Origin: Eledone cirrhosa | Lineage: Eukaryota | Assembly: GCA_964016885.1 (NCBI GenBank) | Contig: OZ024744.1 | Coordinates: forward strand, 54,560,001 to 54,624,000 | Direction of reading: 5' to 3' | Length of the DNA stretch: 64,000 nucleotides | Shown: piece after piece, positions 1 through 17,089 of the stretch | How the letters are laid out: every line of letters starts with the position of its first letter | How positions within the stretch are numbered: position 1 is the stretch's first letter | Notes under the pieces: generated by a model | The model's input: only the letters and a program-made list of their open reading frames with translations | What the model was told of the DNA's origin: nothing | Databases searched by the model: none | Translations under genes and position numbers: made by a program

Positions 1-75
1 CTGGCTATTTTTAAATTTTTCTCTCTCTATATCTCTCTATATCTCTCTATATCTCCCTTACATTAATACTTGAGC

Positions 76-110
<35 letters not shown>

Positions 111-473
111 ATGCATCATTGATACACTTACTCAAAATGACCTCCCACTACCTAATTTTTCTATATCTATATTTATATATGTATCTATCTCTATTTCCTC
201 TCTCTATATATATATATATATCTCTTTCGGTCTCTTTACATGAAGCTCTTCGCTTTATCTATTTTTCCATCTCTCTATTTTGTCCCATGCATTTCTTCTT
301 TTTCTTCTTTTTCTTCCTTTTCTTCGTTTCGTCTTTCTTTCTTTCTTATTTCCCTCTTTTCTCTCTCTCTTTCTTTCTCTCTGTATTTTCACTGCTAGAG
401 TGAACCTCTTCAAATGAAGTTGATGTTTATTACGGTATGTCGAATATATTTATCTATAAAACTGTTTATATTG

Positions 474-539
474 TATTTTGTCTGATGAAGGCATAGCATA
501 TTGTTAATATGATATCCCCGAAATATATATAATGAAATA
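474..539 (+). ncRNA. Type I hammerhead ribozyme motif in a pLTR-like element (about 430-669)
   Basis: Stem I TATTTTGT/ATGAAATA, core CTGATGA (482-488), stem II hairpin CATATT-GTT-AATATG, GAAA (520-523), palindromic stem III ATATATAT, AUA triplet. Same family as 19329-19394 and 56759-56819. Confidence 0.7.
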
Positions 540-669
540 AATATGGTTTTATAAATATAGTTTTCCATTTATTTAATATTGTAAATATACTCCAAGTATT
601 TGTCGAGTGCTTTTATATCAGTTATAAATATTTACTAGTTGTAACCCAACAATTTAAATATAACTTTAC

Positions 670-3517
<2,848 letters not shown>

Positions 3518-4225
3518 ACTTTGAAGAATAACTTTGAAATGTTTTGGCCAGTATTGCCCAGGCCATGTCTAACTTAATAGCACCACCTGGCGAAGTCTTT
3601 CAATTCAGGATTTGGGCACCATGGCCCATTCGAGAAGAGAATTACTGTTTGCGGAGACATATCCGGGTGTGGGCGGTTTGTCCGGGATTACTTGGAGGAA
3701 TTTGTCCAAAGACTTCTTGAATTTTGTGTGGTCAGTTTCTGTTTTGACGTGTCCTGGTGTGATGTTGAAGAGAGCAGGGCCGATTGAGGTGAAATAATTG
3801 TGCCGTATTGTTGTTATGAGTTGCGATTTAGATTTTTGAATGGGACGGATAGCACGGGGCCCAAGCCTTGGGTGTATCTTGAAGGCGATGCCAACATCAT
3901 TTGGGCAGTGATGATGGAACATTTTCCACATCATGCAGATAATATAACGCTCACGGCGACGTTGGAGTGAGTAAAGTTTCAGGTTTTCCAATCGACCCCA
4001 GTAGTCAAGGTCTGACATGCCATCTATCTTTTTCGTGATTGCCCTTTGAGGAGCTTCAAGTTTCATGATACTTTGTTTCGTGTGGGGAGACCACAGTGGA
4101 CAACAGTATTCAAGGTGTGGTCGGGCGAAAGTAGAGAAGAGAAGGATAATGGTGCGGGAATCTCTCGACTGGAAGGTTCTGAGGATCCAGGAACACATTC
4201 TGTGGGCCATGTCAACTTTGCTGCT
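3518..4225 (-). mobile_element. 5'-truncated CR1-clade LINE (ORF2 C-terminus, 3' UTR, tandem-repeat tail)
   Basis: Minus-strand peptide [61 protein letters not shown], stop at 3605. Tail is TTCAAAGTTA twice. Confidence 0.85.
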
Positions 4226-4438
4226 TACATATATATATACATATATATATACATATATATATACATATATATATATACATATACATATACATATATATAT
4301 ACATATATACATATATATATACATATACATATACATATACATATATATATATACATATACATATACATATATATATACATATATACATATATATATACAT
4401 ATACATATACATATACATATATATATATACATATACAT

Positions 4439-4523
<85 letters not shown>

Positions 4524-5802
4524 TATATATACATATACATATACATATACATATATATATATACATATACATATATATACATATATATACATATACATAT
4601 ATATATATACATATATATACATATATATATACATATATATATACATATATATATACATATATATATATATACATATATATATATACATATATATATACAT
4701 ATATATATATATACATATATATATACATATATATATACATATATATATATACATATATATATACATATATATATACATATATATATACATATATATATAC
4801 ATATATATATACATATATATACATATATATATATACATATATATACACATATATATACATATATATACACATATATATACATATATATACATATATATAT
4901 ATACATATATATACACATATATATATACATATATATACACATATATATACATATATATACATATATATATATACATATACATACATATATACATATATAT
5001 ACATATATATATATACATATACATACATATATACATATATATATACATATACATATATATATACATATATATATATATACATATATATATATACATATAT
5101 ATATATATACATATATATATATACATATATATATATACATATATATATACATATATATATACATATATATATACATACATATATATATACATATATATAT
5201 ACATACATATATATATACATATATATATACATACATATATATATACATATATATATACATACATATATATATACATATATATATACATACATATATATAT
5301 ACATATATATATACATATATATATACATACATATATATATACATATATATATACATATATATATATATACATACATATATATATACATATATATATATAT
5401 ACATATATACATACATATATATATACATATATATATACATATATATATACATATATATATACATATATATATACATATATATATACATATATATATACAT
5501 ATATATATATATACATATATATATACATATATATATACATATATATATATATACATATATATATATACATATATATATATACATATATATATATATACAT
5601 ATATATATATACATATATATATATACATATATATATATACATATATATATATACATATATATATATACATATATATATATACATATATATATATATACAT
5701 ATATATATACATACATATATATATACATACATATATATATACATACATATATATATACATACATATATATATACATACATATATACATATATACATATAT
5801 AC

Positions 5803-5853
<51 letters not shown>

Positions 5854-6186
5854 CATACATATATATATACATATATATATACATATATATATATATACAT
5901 ACATATATATATACATATATATATACATACATATATATACACATATATATATACATACATATATATACACATATATATATACATACATATATATACACAT
6001 ACATATATATACACATATATATATATATATACATACATATATATACACATATATACATACATATACATACATATATATACACATATATACATACATATAT
6101 ATACATATATATACATATACATACATATATATATATACATACATACATATACACATATATACATACATATATATACATATATATAC

Positions 6187-6219
<33 letters not shown>

Positions 6220-6587
6220 CATATACATACATATATATACATATATATACATATACATACATATATATACATATACATACATATATATACATATATATAT
6301 ACATATACATACATATATATACATATATATATACATATACATACATATATATACATATATATATACATATACACATATACATATACATATATATATACAC
6401 ATATATACATATACATATATATATACACATATATACATATACATATATATATATATACATATACATATACATACATATACATATACATATATACATATAC
6501 ATATATATACATATATATATATACATTTACATATCTATATATACATACATATCTATATATATACATATCTATATATATATATATACA
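4226..6587. repeat. Giant (TA)n/(TACA)n microsatellite array, about 2.36 kb
   Basis: Same composition as 670-3517. Confidence 0.98.
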
Positions 6588-7850
6588 TAAGACTAAAGTT
6601 CTAGTTTGTAGGAAAGAAAGTAAGGCGGCAGTCCCATCTAGGAAATGGCCATGCTCAGTGTGTAGGAAAGGCGTAGGTAGAAACTCCATTTTATGTCCCA
6701 AATGCCAAGTATGGGTGCATAAAAGATGTAGTGGGATCACAGGTAAGCTAACTAAGAACAGATTTTACATGTGGCTGGTGCTCTGGTGCAATAAGTAGCA
6801 GCAAGTGCCCACAAAATACTAGCTCCTTCAACTGCGCAGAGGGTTCTATATAAATAGTGGACAGCTTCCGTTACCTGGGTGACAAAATCAGCAGTGGGGG
6901 AGGGTGCTCTGAAAGTACAGTAGCTAGAGTCAGAACTGGATGGAAAAAGTTCAGAGAGCTTATACCACTATTAACCGCTAAAGGGTTCTCCCTAAAAATG
7001 AAAGGCAGGTTGTATGATGCCTGCATACGAACAGCAATGTTGCATGGCAGTGAGACCTGGGCATTGTGTGCAGAGGATATACGCAGACTAGAGAGGAACG
7101 AAGCTTGCATGCTCCGCTGGATGTGTAATAGTAATATACGTGAACGGCAAAGCATAAACGAACTAAGGAAAAAAATAGAAATAAGAGGGATCAGATGTTT
7201 ACTCGAGAGAAGGCTACGTTGGTATGGTCACGTGATGCGCATGAAAGTCGATAGTTGTATAACAAAGTGCAGGGCAATAAAGATAGACGGTAGCAGGCAG
7301 ACCTAGAAAAACCTGGACCGAGACCTTTGGCGGTACTCAGTAATAGAGAAGACCCACCTTACCTAAATACAAAGTAAAAACCTACTACAGTCAGTAGGCA
7401 TCTCTATCAAAACACACCCCCGTCCCACCACCTCCACACCGCCCCTTTCAATGTAAAGTTATGTTGGTCCCACAACATCCAGGCCGAAACAAATGAGATC
7501 GTGTAGGTGTCACGACAAAAAACACAGTCCACGCTGTAAATGTGGCCGTGTAGGCAACACGGTAAAAACCTCCCAGCCCCACACTGTAAATGTGGTTGGT
7601 GTTAGGAAGGGCATCCAGCTGTAGAAAACCCGCCAGACAGTCTACGCTGTAATGTGGCCGTGTAGGCAACACGGTAAAAACCTCCCAGCCCCACACTGTA
7701 AATGTGGTTGGTGTTAGGAAGGGCATCCAACTGTAGAAAACCCGCCAGACAGTCCTATGCGAGCAAGACAACCACCCTTGCCTCAAGTGGGAAAACTCCC
7801 GTCCAAACCATGCAAGCGTGGAACACGGACGCTAAACCTGATGATGATGA
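6588..7850 (+). mobile_element. RTE-clade LINE family A, 3' part (PHD finger, post-RT domain, 3' UTR, (GAT)n tail)
   Basis: [35 protein letters not shown]..; DSFRYLGD..GWKKFREL..MLHGSETW..RRLRWYGHVMR. The 3' UTR has a duplicated GGAAGGGCATCCAGC block and ends in GATGATGAT. Confidence 0.88.
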
Positions 7851-8674
7851 TATCTATATATATACATATCTATATATATATCATCATCGTTTAACGTCCA
7901 TCTTCCATCTATATATAGAGAGTAATGTCTAGAGAGAGAGAAAGTAATGTCTATATATATATAGACATTGTTATACTCTAAAATTCGTTATAATGGTATT
8001 CGTTATAACGGAATTTTACCTATATATATATATATATATATATACTCGGATATTTATACTCGGATTCTTTTCCTAGAGTGCTTAAACTATCTGTGACTAA
8101 TCCCGGTTTTTTTCATAAAAACTGTGATAATTATTGCTATTTTGCTGAACTCCTTGTAGAGTTTTTTTCAGAATGTATTTGACTGCTATTTCTTGTAAAT
8201 AAACATTCACTTCCATCCTGACGTCACTAGCCCCGTTTTTTCCTCATGTGCTTTTTCATAAATACACATGAAGGCGAACTAGCCAGTTTTAGAATTCCCT
8301 TTTTCGGACTATATTACTGTGAGAGCCCTGGTTTTCTGTTGAGCTCTGCTGATGAATGATATTCCAACCGTGACCATCTCCACTGAAAGTTTTCATGAAA
8401 TAGTCTTTTAAGACTATACAGAGCATTTGATGTTATTCCAAATTGAAGGATAAGTGTTTCAAACTTTGTTTTATCATGAGTTAAAGGTCTATAGATTTTT
8501 CCATGGATTTTACTAAATTCTGTGGATGAATTTGTATCCTGATTCTCTTTTGAGATGAGTTTGAGTTATTTTTCCTAAATCTTTCGTTAACTACTTTTCC
8601 CATCTTGACGTTATAGTCGCATATATGTTATAGAATGCCGTTAGCTTCTTGCTAAAACAATCTCTATACGTCTC

Positions 8675-8711
<37 letters not shown>

Positions 8712-8886
8712 ACATAAACAGAGAAAGCCTTAAGCGATACTCCGACCAACTCCATCTCACTCAACAAATATTAGGATATATTTAAGTATTATCCCAATTT
8801 AGTGTTTGGGGTGCTAACTAATCAGTATTTCGTGGATAGCTGGTTGTATTATTTTATATGAGACATTAAATAAATATCTCTTTCCT

Positions 8887-9010
8887 TCCAGACGGCCGTT
8901 TCGTTATAAGATTTCTACAATTTGGGATAAATAATTTCCAAGTTATGTAGAAACTTGTATATAATCCATAGTTTTATACACAAGCGGGCTCTTATAAACT
9001 CATTAGTAGA
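8887..9010 (-). ncRNA. Degenerate hammerhead motif with a 97-nt branched stem II
   Basis: Minus strand reads TCTA-CTAATGA-GTTTATAAGA...TCTTATAAC-GAAA-CGGCCG-TC-TGGA. The core G5 is replaced by A. It lies in a ~410-bp island between TA tracts. Confidence 0.6.
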
Positions 9011-9112
9011 TGCCCAATAATATCGATATAAGAATTATATCGACATTAATAGAATGGTGATGGTCTCCCTCAGCGCTAAGAAGAGATTGGTAGATTAGAA
9101 AATCCAGCAGTC

Positions 9113-9182
<70 letters not shown>

Positions 9183-10117
9183 TCATAAGAAAGGGGATGT
9201 GGGACAGAGAAAATTGACAGTAATAAAGAATTTATATAAATTAGGTATCATTTTGCATATCAGCATCATACAAAATCCTTTGTGGCATTTTATTTACGCC
9301 TCTTAACTTTTGAGTTCAAATCCTGCCAATGTCAACTTTGGTGGTTGATAAAATAAAGTACTAGTCAAGAAATGGTGTTAAATTGATGGACTTCTCCAAA
9401 ATTTTCTGACCTCTAGCTTAAAAACGATTTACATAACATCGGCGAAAACATCTTACTTCGATACTTCAAATTACCCGCTAAGATGAGCTTTGCTTGACAT
9501 TCTTCCAGTCATATTACAATAACTGGGTGTAGCTTTATTGGATATGTACAAATTGTGACAATGTAAGAAATCGAGTTTGTGTACACTCATACAGTGTTTC
9601 AATTAGTATATAAAAATACTTATTCTAAAAGATAATGCCGACATGCAATAAAGGGAGAGGGACACCCGCGCACAGTCCCATACCACAAGAAGGTGCGGGA
9701 GTTACCCCTCATTCATTTAAGCAAGCCAACACACTCGCAACATTGCCGTGAATGATAACAAGGATGAGACACTGGAATAACTAAGTACCCTCACAGACAC
9801 GTCGGTGTGGCGAGCCGTCAACAATGACAAAAACCCCGTTGTCAGCAGTCCGGCTCTCTGAACGTCTTGAACACTACAGACTGGAAAATATAGTTTGTCC
9901 ATAATTCTTGGTATTTTAGAATTCTATTCCGTTCGGCTATGGATGCAGTGACCCTTGCATTTACCGCAGCATCCATGATGCGAAAAGGAGCAACATTTGT
10001 ATATCTGTAAACGTGGATATATTTACCTATCTAAACTATAATAAAGTAAGAAGCGCGGGACTGCGTACAGTTTATAATTTTTTTATCCCCTTAGTAAAAT
10101 AAGTTGGATTACTTTGA

Positions 10118-10312
10118 ATAAATAATTGTTTCTACTTTAGGCACAAGGCCAGCAATTACCCAGTGCCTTACTGGTACTTTATTTTATCGACCCCATAAGG
10201 ATGAAAGGCAAAGTCAACCTCGGCGGGATTTGAACTCAGATCGTAAAGGGACGTAACTATGCTGGAAAGCATGGCGTCCGACCCTCTACTGATACTGCCA
10301 ATCCACCGCCCT
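10118..10312 (-). mobile_element. MetaSINE-like tRNA-derived SINE
   Basis: Reverse complement of 52438-52627: B-box GAGTTCAAATCC, body CTTTGCCTTTCATCCTT..GGGGTCGATAAAATAAAGTACCAG, ATT tail. Degraded copies near 9310, 11640-11830, 11980-12090 and 18545. Confidence 0.8.
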
Positions 10313-10499
10313 CTTTGAATAAATAATGAATGAATATTACATAATTTATCTACTAAATTTCGTGGTTGTTCATTAAATATATTTTATTACTTATTTAAAG
10401 ATTCACTTCTTTAAAATTTTCAAATGTCAACACTTCCAGTTAAATAAAATATTCATATATTTCTGTCACTAATTTTCTCCTAATGCAGTTTATATATAA

Positions 10500-11121
10500 C
10501 TAGCAGCAGTACCCAGCGTTGCCTGGGTAGGTAAAATATCTGCTTTGGTGTTGATCTTAGCGACTGCTTCTTGACTCATCTATGGCCACACACAAGCCAT
10601 GCGGGGGAGGGTGGTGATGACCTCTATCACTGAGAAACGTGGGTGACTGACGAAAGGGCATGCTGGGGGAGGGGGGTTTCGAATTTGAACGAAATCGGTT
10701 GAAAAATGTGAGAGCTAGAGCCGAAAAGGCGGAAATTTGAGCGAAAAGATGGTATTTTCGAATATTTAAGCGGCTGCCACGCCGTTCCTGAGCAAAACAT
10801 CCAAAATGTAAAGCCACATTAAGACGTGAAATAATCAGATCTAGCGTAGTGTAAAATTTGAACAAAGTAGGTTGATTAATGTGGGAGCTAGAACCGAAAA
10901 AGTGGAAATTTTAGTCTAAAAGTGGTATTTTTGAATATTTAAGCGGCTGCCACACCGTCCCTGAACAACAAATGCAAAATATAAAGCCATTACAGGATGT
11001 GCAATGATAAATTCTATTTTGCTTTTAAATTTGAACGAAATCGGTGGCAAAATGTGGGAGCTAGAACCAAAAATCTTATTTTTCAATACCTAAAACCACC
11101 CTCGGGTGGTTTTTCTGCTAG
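10500..11121. mobile_element. Helitron/Helentron-like non-autonomous element with ~173-bp internal tandem repeats
   Basis: CTAG at 10500 with hairpin TACCCAG-CGTTGC-CTGGGTA (10510-10529). Hairpin AAAACCACCC-TC-GGGTGGTTTT (11092-11113) followed by CTAG|T. Repeat units start near 10682, 10855 and 11028. Confidence 0.6.
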
Positions 11122-11677
11122 TGTATTTAATAAATAATTTCTTACATAAGCGCAAGATCAGATATATTAATTATTCTATTAACGAATTGGCAAAGTCATT
11201 AGAGCGTTTCGGATAGAATGCCTCACAATATTTGTTCTGGCTCTACACTAAGAAATGCTGTCGAGATCAACTTTACCTCCCATCCTGTGGTCGATAAATA
11301 AAGTACAACTACTGAAGTCGATTCTCCTTTCTCTCAGAATTTGTATCTTGTAAAAATGGGGAAGTGTGGACAGTGTAAAACCTTGGTATTCTCACGAAAA
11401 ATCCGATAAGCGCTTGTATGAAAAAAAAAAACTCATCTCTTCAAGCAGTACGTCAACATGGTACGAGGAAGGAATAAGTTATTTATATCTTATTCTCCTT
11501 TCACGACTTTATGACGGCAGTTAAAAGTGAAGTATTTATATATGAAGCTGGTTGAAAAGACTCCTTGTGTATTTTTTATGAAGTCGGCCAGTGTTTGAAA
11601 GAGCATCTACGTGATCGTTCGATATGCTAGAATGGTTTCTGGTTTAGGCACAAGGCCAAAAATTTTAGGCGAAGGAG

Positions 11678-11716
<39 letters not shown>

Positions 11717-11942
11717 GAAATTGACCACAGTACAGAATATTTTAGTTTATCGACACGGGGAGGATGAAGGAATTTGAATTCAGAACGTAGAGAAAAACAT
11801 TCTACTGACGCTCTAACAATTGGCAACCGCATCTCTCAAATTACATGCTACCGTCCTGGATGCACAACAACGACTAAATAGCCACGACTGGAATGCTTCT
11901 GATCATAGGTTTTGCATGATCAGGACTGATATGGGAGCTAAA

Positions 11943-11975
<33 letters not shown>

Positions 11976-12519
11976 AGCCCGATTTATTTTTGGCACAAGG
12001 CCAGCAAATACTCAGTGCATTACTGCTACTTTATTGTATTGACCCCGTAAGGATGAAAGGCAAAGCTAACCTCGGCGGGATTTGGACTCAGAATAATATA
12101 ATAATATTAGCACTAACACACTTACAAATATATCTAAGTAGTATTCACAGTAGTATTTGGTGTTTAGTTGACAGACACCCTGAATTAATATACGACAGTT
12201 TCAAGGGTGTAATGTGATAGCTGTGCTAGTAATTCTCTGGGTATCACAGTATTTTCGCGCGTCAATTGCATATGTATGTATGTATGCAGAAATAGAATAT
12301 GTTATTCAAGTGCTATATGTTGAGTATTGCGTGCTAAGAAAAAAACCTAATTAGGCGGGTTACTTTAAAATGAAACTTGATTTATGGATTTAAAAAGCAA
12401 TGTTGTGAATTTAAAAGGGTTTTATTTGAAATGAAAAATCAGCCTTACTAAAAAAAATAAGTGTTGTAATAGAGACCATCCCTTATTTTCAAGATAGCAT
12501 ATCTACATTATCCAATGTG

Positions 12520-12556
<37 letters not shown>

Positions 12557-15398
12557 GTAAATATGATTTGAAAGATACTTAGCTACTATTTCTTAGTAAG
12601 TTCGAAATAGAAATGTTTTAATGGACGGACGGACACATACATACATACATACATACATACATACGTAAAGTTGTCAAAAATTTCCTACCTTACCATTTGG
12701 ATTTTTGTTTATTAGTAATATTTATATTAGTATATATAATGCATGTCATGAAACTTATATATATATATATATATCATTTAACCAAACATAAGAATTTTAC
12801 ACAAGAATTCTCTCAAGTTTATAACAAAACGAACAAAAAAAAAAAAAAAAAGCTATTGCATTTAAGTTGTGTACACCCTGTACTAAGAGAAGAGAGAGAG
12901 CGGTGGGATTTAAATAAAATCAAGATCATTTAAAATACAATTTGCTTAGATTTGAATCCGAAGTGAGAAGCGTGAGTCAATTCTTATCTCATTCATTTAA
13001 CTCCCAAGACGGACAATTATCTATATCTGCCCGGAAAGATTGATGATGAGTATAAATTAGCGAACTGATATTCATCGAACTAGAACCGCTAAGTTCAAAA
13101 GACCAACAATTTACAACTGAATAATCATAATTATTTGTCAGCCGATTATACAAATTTGGCGGGCTATTCGGAACAATATATTTAGTGAAATCATTCAATC
13201 GTATTATTGTTTACTCACCACCCTAAACGAATATCATAAAAGCAGCTTTAAATGATATAATAACGATGAAGACAATGAATAATTATTTCGTAACACCCCC
13301 ACCCCCCAAAATATATATATTTGATAAAAAAAAAAAAAAGATGCAATTCAAAGCAGAGGTTTACCAAGAAGGGGAGAGGCATGTAGCTTAAACAAGAGCG
13401 GAAAATATACTTCCTTCATTCCTGTGGTAACTGAAAGGATTGTCAGTTAACAAGTGCCAGAAGCCTTCTAAAACACTAAGCTTACCACTATCCAAATATA
13501 CTACCATTTATTTCCACGATGAATAAAGACTGTTCCATTACAAAGGAGAAAAAACAAAGGCAGTTTTTAAAGAATAATATATTCTTCATATATGTTTATC
13601 GGTATATCACAGTCTCTCTCCCTCTACTTTTCTCCAACATTTATTAAGGCTAGTTTGAGTCTTGTTTCTCTGAAGTTTCTCCTGATGTATTCACAGGGTC
13701 GTCTGATAGATAAGGCTTGCCTGATAAACCTGTGAATACACCACTTAGCCTTAAGAATATATTTATCTCTACAAGGGTAATGAGCACTCGTGCTTGCAAA
13801 CCGTCGATACCAAGTTAGGTGTGTGTTGAAATTTACTTTGCTACTACTCGGAGTTTAGGGACCGTCACGACTCACGTTACGTGAACTTGGAGGAGGGGGA
13901 CTCAGAGGTAACAGGTAGTAATCTCAACTCATTCTGTGTTGAGTAATTTTTTTTCTCTTATTCGTAAACTCAAACGTAAATGTCTCCCACATCCAGTTTC
14001 ATATAAATGTACGTATATGCATATTATGTGTGTGTAACTTCGAAGTCACTCCCAGTTTACTTAAATTTCAACACTACCCACCAGTACTGTGTTCATTCAG
14101 TAAATGTTTGAATGTTTTAAACAGTACACGTTTGTGTGTGTGTAAGAAAGGGATGTATATGCGTATAAACTCGCACATTAGTATACATCGATATATATTA
14201 TATATATATCGAACAGACAGAAATAAATGGTTAACAGCGAAGAAACTGCAATGACTGATTTTGTAAACAATCAATTGCTTTCGCCTGATCGAAGTTCAGA
14301 CACAATGCTTCCTATTTTGACAGTTTCGAAAATTGTTGCTTGTGGCTGAATAAGTATAGCAAGCCGAATCAGTTGATTTATAGTAAAGAAATACCATTTA
14401 TATTATATATTTTCCAAATAAAATATTTTGTGAATCAGGTTTTATTTAAAGAAATACATGTGTATAGAGAGAATGGTTTCTCTTAATATTGTCAGAATCT
14501 ACGAACAAGAGATATAAAAATAAATTAAAATGATAAAATTAACACCCAACATTTAAAATATTTTACTGTAAAATAATCCAGCGTGTATATTATATTTAAT
14601 TGAACATTTGAAAGAAAATCCCAATCGGATGAATTTGGTTGAAACAGCCGCAGGGAAATTCGACAGAACAAAACAATGAAATAAGTTGTCTATTTATTTA
14701 CGTCTCGAATGTTATGTTTGCATTGTAATTAAAAGATTAAAGTGTCGTCCTGCTTAACGATATAGCGGTTCTGTTTTTGTTCTCTCTAGCAACTTACCTT
14801 GCCCAAGATATTTGTGTGTTTATGTGAGCATATATTAGATAAATACATAAATATAGATAGATAGCAATGGAAAATCTAACAGGATATAAAAACGTTATGA
14901 CAAATTACTACAGCTTGTAGCTTGCTCTCCGTGCAGACACAGGAATGGGATAACGCGTAGTATAAATGTTAAGAGCAACAAGCAACTGTCAGAATACTAA
15001 TAACAATAATAAAGATAGTTGTATAAGAAAGAAGAATAAAAAGAAAAGGACATTATTAATATATATATATTTTTAAATACACACGCTTAAACGTAGAATG
15101 CTTACACGTTTACATAGACATAGTGGGAAAGACAGTGTAAACGATGTTTCAGTTGGTCAGTTTATTATAGCTGTCGGTCACATTGACGGGACACGACGAG
15201 AGAGAATATATACGAGACAAGTTGACAATAAGAAACAAGGTCAGTTGAAAAAACATACAATTAATAAAGTGAAAATAAAATAAGTGTTTCCGTGATATTT
15301 ATGCTTTCTTAAACATTAATTATAATCAAAGAAAGAAAGAGAGACATTCAAATTGGAAAACAAATAATAAGAGAATTGTGTATTTCTTTCATACTAAC

Positions 15399-16060
15399 CT
15401 TAGTAATATGTGAGTGTATGTGTATATATATATATATATTTTTTTTTTAAAGATGTTAAATTTCCTGATAGTCCGAGTTAGTAGCGATGATTCCAGTTAA
15501 ATAATACCTGAGTGACAGACACTACGACTTGAACTTGGATTTGGACTCGGCCGACTATTTTTAAAGGGGCGTGTAGGGTAGAGCAGTTGTTGAATGGACT
15601 GTCTGCATGAGATGGTAGAGGAAATAAATAAAAGAAATAGCAACAACAAGAAAGAAAGAAAGAAAAGAGAAGGGGAAATATATAAAGGAAATAAGGGGAG
15701 AGCCGACGACTGCTGTTGATTGGCTTGTAATAGAGGGGTTCCAGGCTAAAATGACTAAGCCGGTTACAGCGTGTGAGATAAATGATGACAAATTTTTTTT
15801 CTGTAAGGCCTGTCGACAGGAGTGTATGAGCTGACTGCTGTGGTAGGCGATGTTGGTGCAACTTTACCCGCCACTTATGTAGACGGCGGCAGGATGATAC
15901 ACGCGCACTTGCGTAGTGGTCTGCGGCTTGTTTTGACGTCTGCTTTCCGTTGGTCTTGTTGAGTTTCACTTGAACTCATCAACCGACCTAACCAATAAAA
16001 AACAGAAGAACGAACGGTTCTGGTCGTCATATTTTCGCCTTTTTTTTTGTCGTCAACTTC
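15399..16060 (-). promoter_or_regulatory. Possible promoter / first-exon region of an unidentified host transcript
   Basis: Non-repetitive, locally CpG-richer segment with CCAAT near 15992. Minus-strand donor-like sites AG|GTTAGT at 15399 and AG|GTAAGT at 14798. No recognisable protein. Confidence 0.25.
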
Positions 16061-16377
16061 ATAGTGACTCTACTTCTCATTAGAAGGACAATTTTCTTTA
16101 ATTAAAATACACACTTGTGCCACGCACACGCATTATAAAGATAGTGCATGCCTCGTTGTATATATACGTGTGTGTATGTGGATGCATATATATATGTGTG
16201 TGTGTGTGTTTGTTGTTATTGAAGAGACCACTACTTTCCAATTTCAATCTCTTTATTAGAATATTCTCGTGTTTTCTTTTGGAACAAAATTCTTCTAGAC
16301 CCTCACGCTCTCGTCATCGGGAGTATTGGTTTATTTTTACTGCCTCTTTTATTATATGCATGTGCATTTTATTAGTA

Positions 16378-16595
16378 AAGGCGCGTGACTGAGTAGTTAG
16401 AAAATTAGATTCGCCATCGTGAGGTTGTGAGTTCGATTCCATGACCGGTGATGCGTTATGTCCTTGAACAAGACACTTTTTATTTCGCGTTGCTCCTTCT
16501 ACCTGGAGTTGCGACGGATAGATAGTATTAACAATTGGAAGGACAAATGGAAACATTGTTTCCTCGGTTCGATTTGACGAAAGTCATTCGACTTC
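16378..16595 (+). mobile_element. tRNA-derived SINE with CORE-like body
   Basis: A-box-like TGACTGAGTAG, B-box GAGTTCGATTCC, body TGTCCTTGAACAAGACACTTT. Reverse-complement copy at 18795-19000. Confidence 0.8.
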
Positions 16596-17089
16596 GATGC
16601 ATTTTATGAAGTTATATGTCGTTCTTCTTACTTTGCAGTCATTTTACGGCTTTCATAGACAGTAAAGACAAACCAACAACAGACCAGATGATGAAACTGT
16701 AAAGGTCTGGAAATACTGACAAAATTATCGACTAAGTTAAAAAAAAAACATCTCTCAGCCATTTGGTGGGAAACTAATTTTCCCTTTTTTCCGTGTTTTC
16801 AATGAATCTGACCTCGAAATAAATCGGAAACAAACTATTTTTTTTTTTTTTTTTTTTTTTTCTTAAACTGAGGGAAGGAGTAACTCTCGAGGTTTTCATT
16901 GGTGGCAATTATGTTTTTTCTGGGTATTTTTCGTGTTTTTTCAACGAATCTAACCTCCAAATCTGTCAGGAAGTAACAATAATATGTGAAGTGTAAGATC
17001 ATGTACAATATATGTGGTGTGTGTTTGGTTATCTCTCTACATCAGTTTGCTGAAAACTCAGACATATATATATTTGTGCGTGTGTGTGT

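Noticed and set aside
8349-8400. CTGATGA as a hammerhead core (also at 19351, 32561, 32809 and 33398)
   Set aside because: No correctly placed stem II-GAAA-stem III-stem I pairing.
9600-10050. Unique sequence with a short ORF as a host exon
   Set aside because: No recognisable protein and no consistent pair of splice sites.
13644-13753. Hairpin TGTATTCACAGG...CCTGTGAATACA within TTAAGGCTA...TAGCCTTAA as a pre-miRNA or MITE
   Set aside because: Only a 12-bp stem with a poorly paired interior, and a single copy in the window.
16378-16450. tRNA gene
   Set aside because: A/B boxes are present but there is no intact cloverleaf, and the sequence continues into a multicopy SINE body. The same applies at 39968.
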